From contig AP026133.1 in assembly GCA_030295235.1 (NCBI GenBank), positions 868,001 to 932,000 on the forward strand: a stretch of 64,000 nt of DNA, written 5' to 3'. Of the stretch, positions 61,795 to 64,000 are shown piece by piece; position 1 is the first letter of the stretch; each line of letters begins with the position of its first letter. Below the pieces are notes generated by a model. That model did no database searches, had not been told where the DNA came from, and saw only the letters and a program-made list of their open reading frames with translations. A program made the translations under genes and the position numbers. The stretch comes from Fistulifera solaris (taxonomy: Eukaryota).

Positions 61795-63311
61795 TTACAC
61801 ATTATGGTGATAAATCATGTTCTCCGTGCTGAATGGAGGTACAACCTTGGTCACATGCGCTCCTTCACTAGCGGCTTTCGTAACCAATATAGTCCCCTTG
61901 ATACCGAACTCTTCCGCCGTTTTCATCATGGCACGAGCGACAGACGAATCACTGCGTTCTTTTTCTCGCTGTGCGAATATATCTCCCGAAGCACCCGACG
62001 TAATGGCCATCACGGTGGGCCCAGCGCCGCTCAAATAGGCACAATGAGCTCCAGCGGCTTCGGCGGCTTCAATCATGGGATATAAGTATTTGTATAGCTT
62101 GCCACCTCGTTGCGGCTGATGTAATTTATCCTGGACGCCCCATTTCAGGTTGTCCAAGTTGTTGGTACTCAACGCCAAGACCAAAAACGCCGTACGACTA
62201 ATGTTGAAGGCCGCATCGCTACGCGTAATGCCTCCCTGCAAGACCGCACGCGCGTCACTGGTTTTGCCGATAAAGTCAGGGATGAACATGACCAACTGCA
62301 AGCCGGGGGTGCCGGAACGCGTTCTGTGGCCCATCGCGTGCCGTTGTGAATGCCTACCTGGATTCCACCGTAAATGGCGGGTGCGACATTGTCGGGGTGG
62401 CCCTGTGCGAAGGACAAGAAAATAAGTCGAGAGACATTTGTAAGTGAGAATCGTTCAAAAGCGCCTTCCTTCTCAATAGAACTACTCTAAACTTACTTCA
62501 ATACCTGCAGCAATTTGCAACAACGCTTCGGATCCCCAACAAGGCAGCCGATGTCCCGCCAAAATCAATCCGGCAATAATCCCCGCCACAATAGCCGCAC
62601 TACTTGAACCCAATCCTCGTGCAAAGGGAATACGACTGACAACATGGTACGATAAGACAGGCATTGGTTTCCGGGCTGCTTCGAATGCTGCTTTGCAGCC
62701 CAATACCAAGTAATTTGATTCGTCTTTGGGCATTTCATTCGCTCCATCACCCTCTCCAGTAATCTGGAATTTGTCCGAACGACTCACGGTAACCTCTGAC
62801 CACAAATCTACCGCCATGCCGATGGTATCATCTATAGGCAAATAGAGAAATTAATGAGAATGATGCAAAAGGGTCTTCAGAAGTAGAACAAGGATTTGCG
62901 AATCTCGATGCGAACCAGTCATCAACACAAGCAAACTAATCAATGAAGTAACTCACATCCCGGTCCCATGTTAGCAGAAGTCGCGGGAACTCGTACTGTA
63001 ACGCTATCACGCGCCACAGCGTTTTCTTCTTCGACAACTTGTCGTGCGGCAATTTGACGACGCATTCGTTCTTCATGATTGTGCGGGAAAATGAATGAAT
63101 TTCGGGACGCGACGGGAGCTTCTTCGTTGTAAATCACCGTCGGGTGTTCCGCCCGATCCATGGAGACCCTTGTCTGGTATTCCTGTTGAGAGGCCTTCGA
63201 TCGGGCGGCATACAACTGCGACGCGACGACACCGGCAACCGCACCGGCGACGGCAGCACTTGCCGCAATGAGAGCGGATTGGTTACTACTCTTACTGTTC
63301 GAAGACGACAT
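61795..63311 (-). CDS. thrB: Homoserine kinase (GHMP family), 2 introns, indel near 62310-62330
   Basis: VRVPATSANMGPG, IPFARGLGSSSAAIVAG, GHPDNVAPAIYGG, DKLHQPQR and YLSGAGPT motifs. Confidence 0.93.
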
Positions 63312-64000
63312 TTCAGACTCTCCACTTTATGAAGAACGTTCAAAGTGAATAGTGTAGGTCACGTTCAAGCTGGTCCTTTGAGAAAGAACTCCTTTTCGCA
63401 GCTAATACTTGTAAAATAATGATGATTGCAGAGAGGTCGGTCGCTATCTTCATTCTCACTTTTCATTGCATGTGTGTTTTTGGTGGACGAACTACGAAAA
63501 ACGTAGTGACGGATAGACACTGACGCACATCCGAACGCACATCACGACAACTAACCTTAACGCTTATCTATCTCTACTTTCGTCCAATGTACACTAGCCC
63601 AAAGTGCAGGCGGCGTGTCACCACGACTCCATTTCAGTCATGCACTTTTTTCTCGACCACGATTGCTATTCAATATCCATTCGATCTTCTTGCTTCGTAA
63701 AAGAAAATTACCTTTCTTATAACAAGTAAAGTTTCCTTGAAACTTCAGGTTCAATTTTCTTGCCAAACGTTGTTTTTCAATTCACTGTAATTCTTGAGTG
63801 TTCGTTCTCGCAATCTTGTTGCATTCAGTCATGAATCAAATTTTTCGGCATTAAACATTAAACAGCTATTCAAGACCAACTCGATCTGCTAGTTGGGTAG
63901 AACGAATTGTCTTAATTAGAAAGTAACATTCAGTAGCATTTTGAATTCACACCTTGATCCTTCATGTCGAATAATCAGAACTCTTTCAGCTTTCAATTGT

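Overview
Eukaryotic nuclear DNA from a diatom, probably a raphid pennate (inferred from short GT-AG introns, bipartite ASAF-like plastid presequences on PsbU and POR, and diatom-type hypothetical families). There are about 35 protein genes and no rRNA, tRNA or CRISPR. Many conserved genes carry single-base indels in homopolymer runs, most likely assembly errors, so ORF fragments were joined by hand. Housekeeping genes include GFAT, a long-chain acyl-CoA synthetase, a SUZ12/VEFS protein, an AFG1 ATPase, a TRIC/YadS-like membrane protein, AIP1, PsbU, VTC1-like, YacP/NYN, POR, a 2Fe-2S protein and homoserine kinase. Main points of interest: (1) three tandem NMT1/THI5/ThiY-like genes, each with a nearly identical 3'UTR TPP aptamer on a long conserved basal stem; (2) a ~950-aa glutaredoxin-DUF4395-SLAC1/TDT-hemerythrin fusion; (3) a type III pantothenate kinase fused to six AT-hooks and Tudor-like domains; (4) a ~950-bp array of ~28 alternating hairpin repeats (core CCAGA-AAA-TCTGG) with a small outlying cluster whose stems covary; (5) a GFAT whose catalytic Cys lies behind a mitochondrial-type presequence; (6) several lineage-specific tandem paralog sets. 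All family calls come from motif recognition by eye; no database searches were run.
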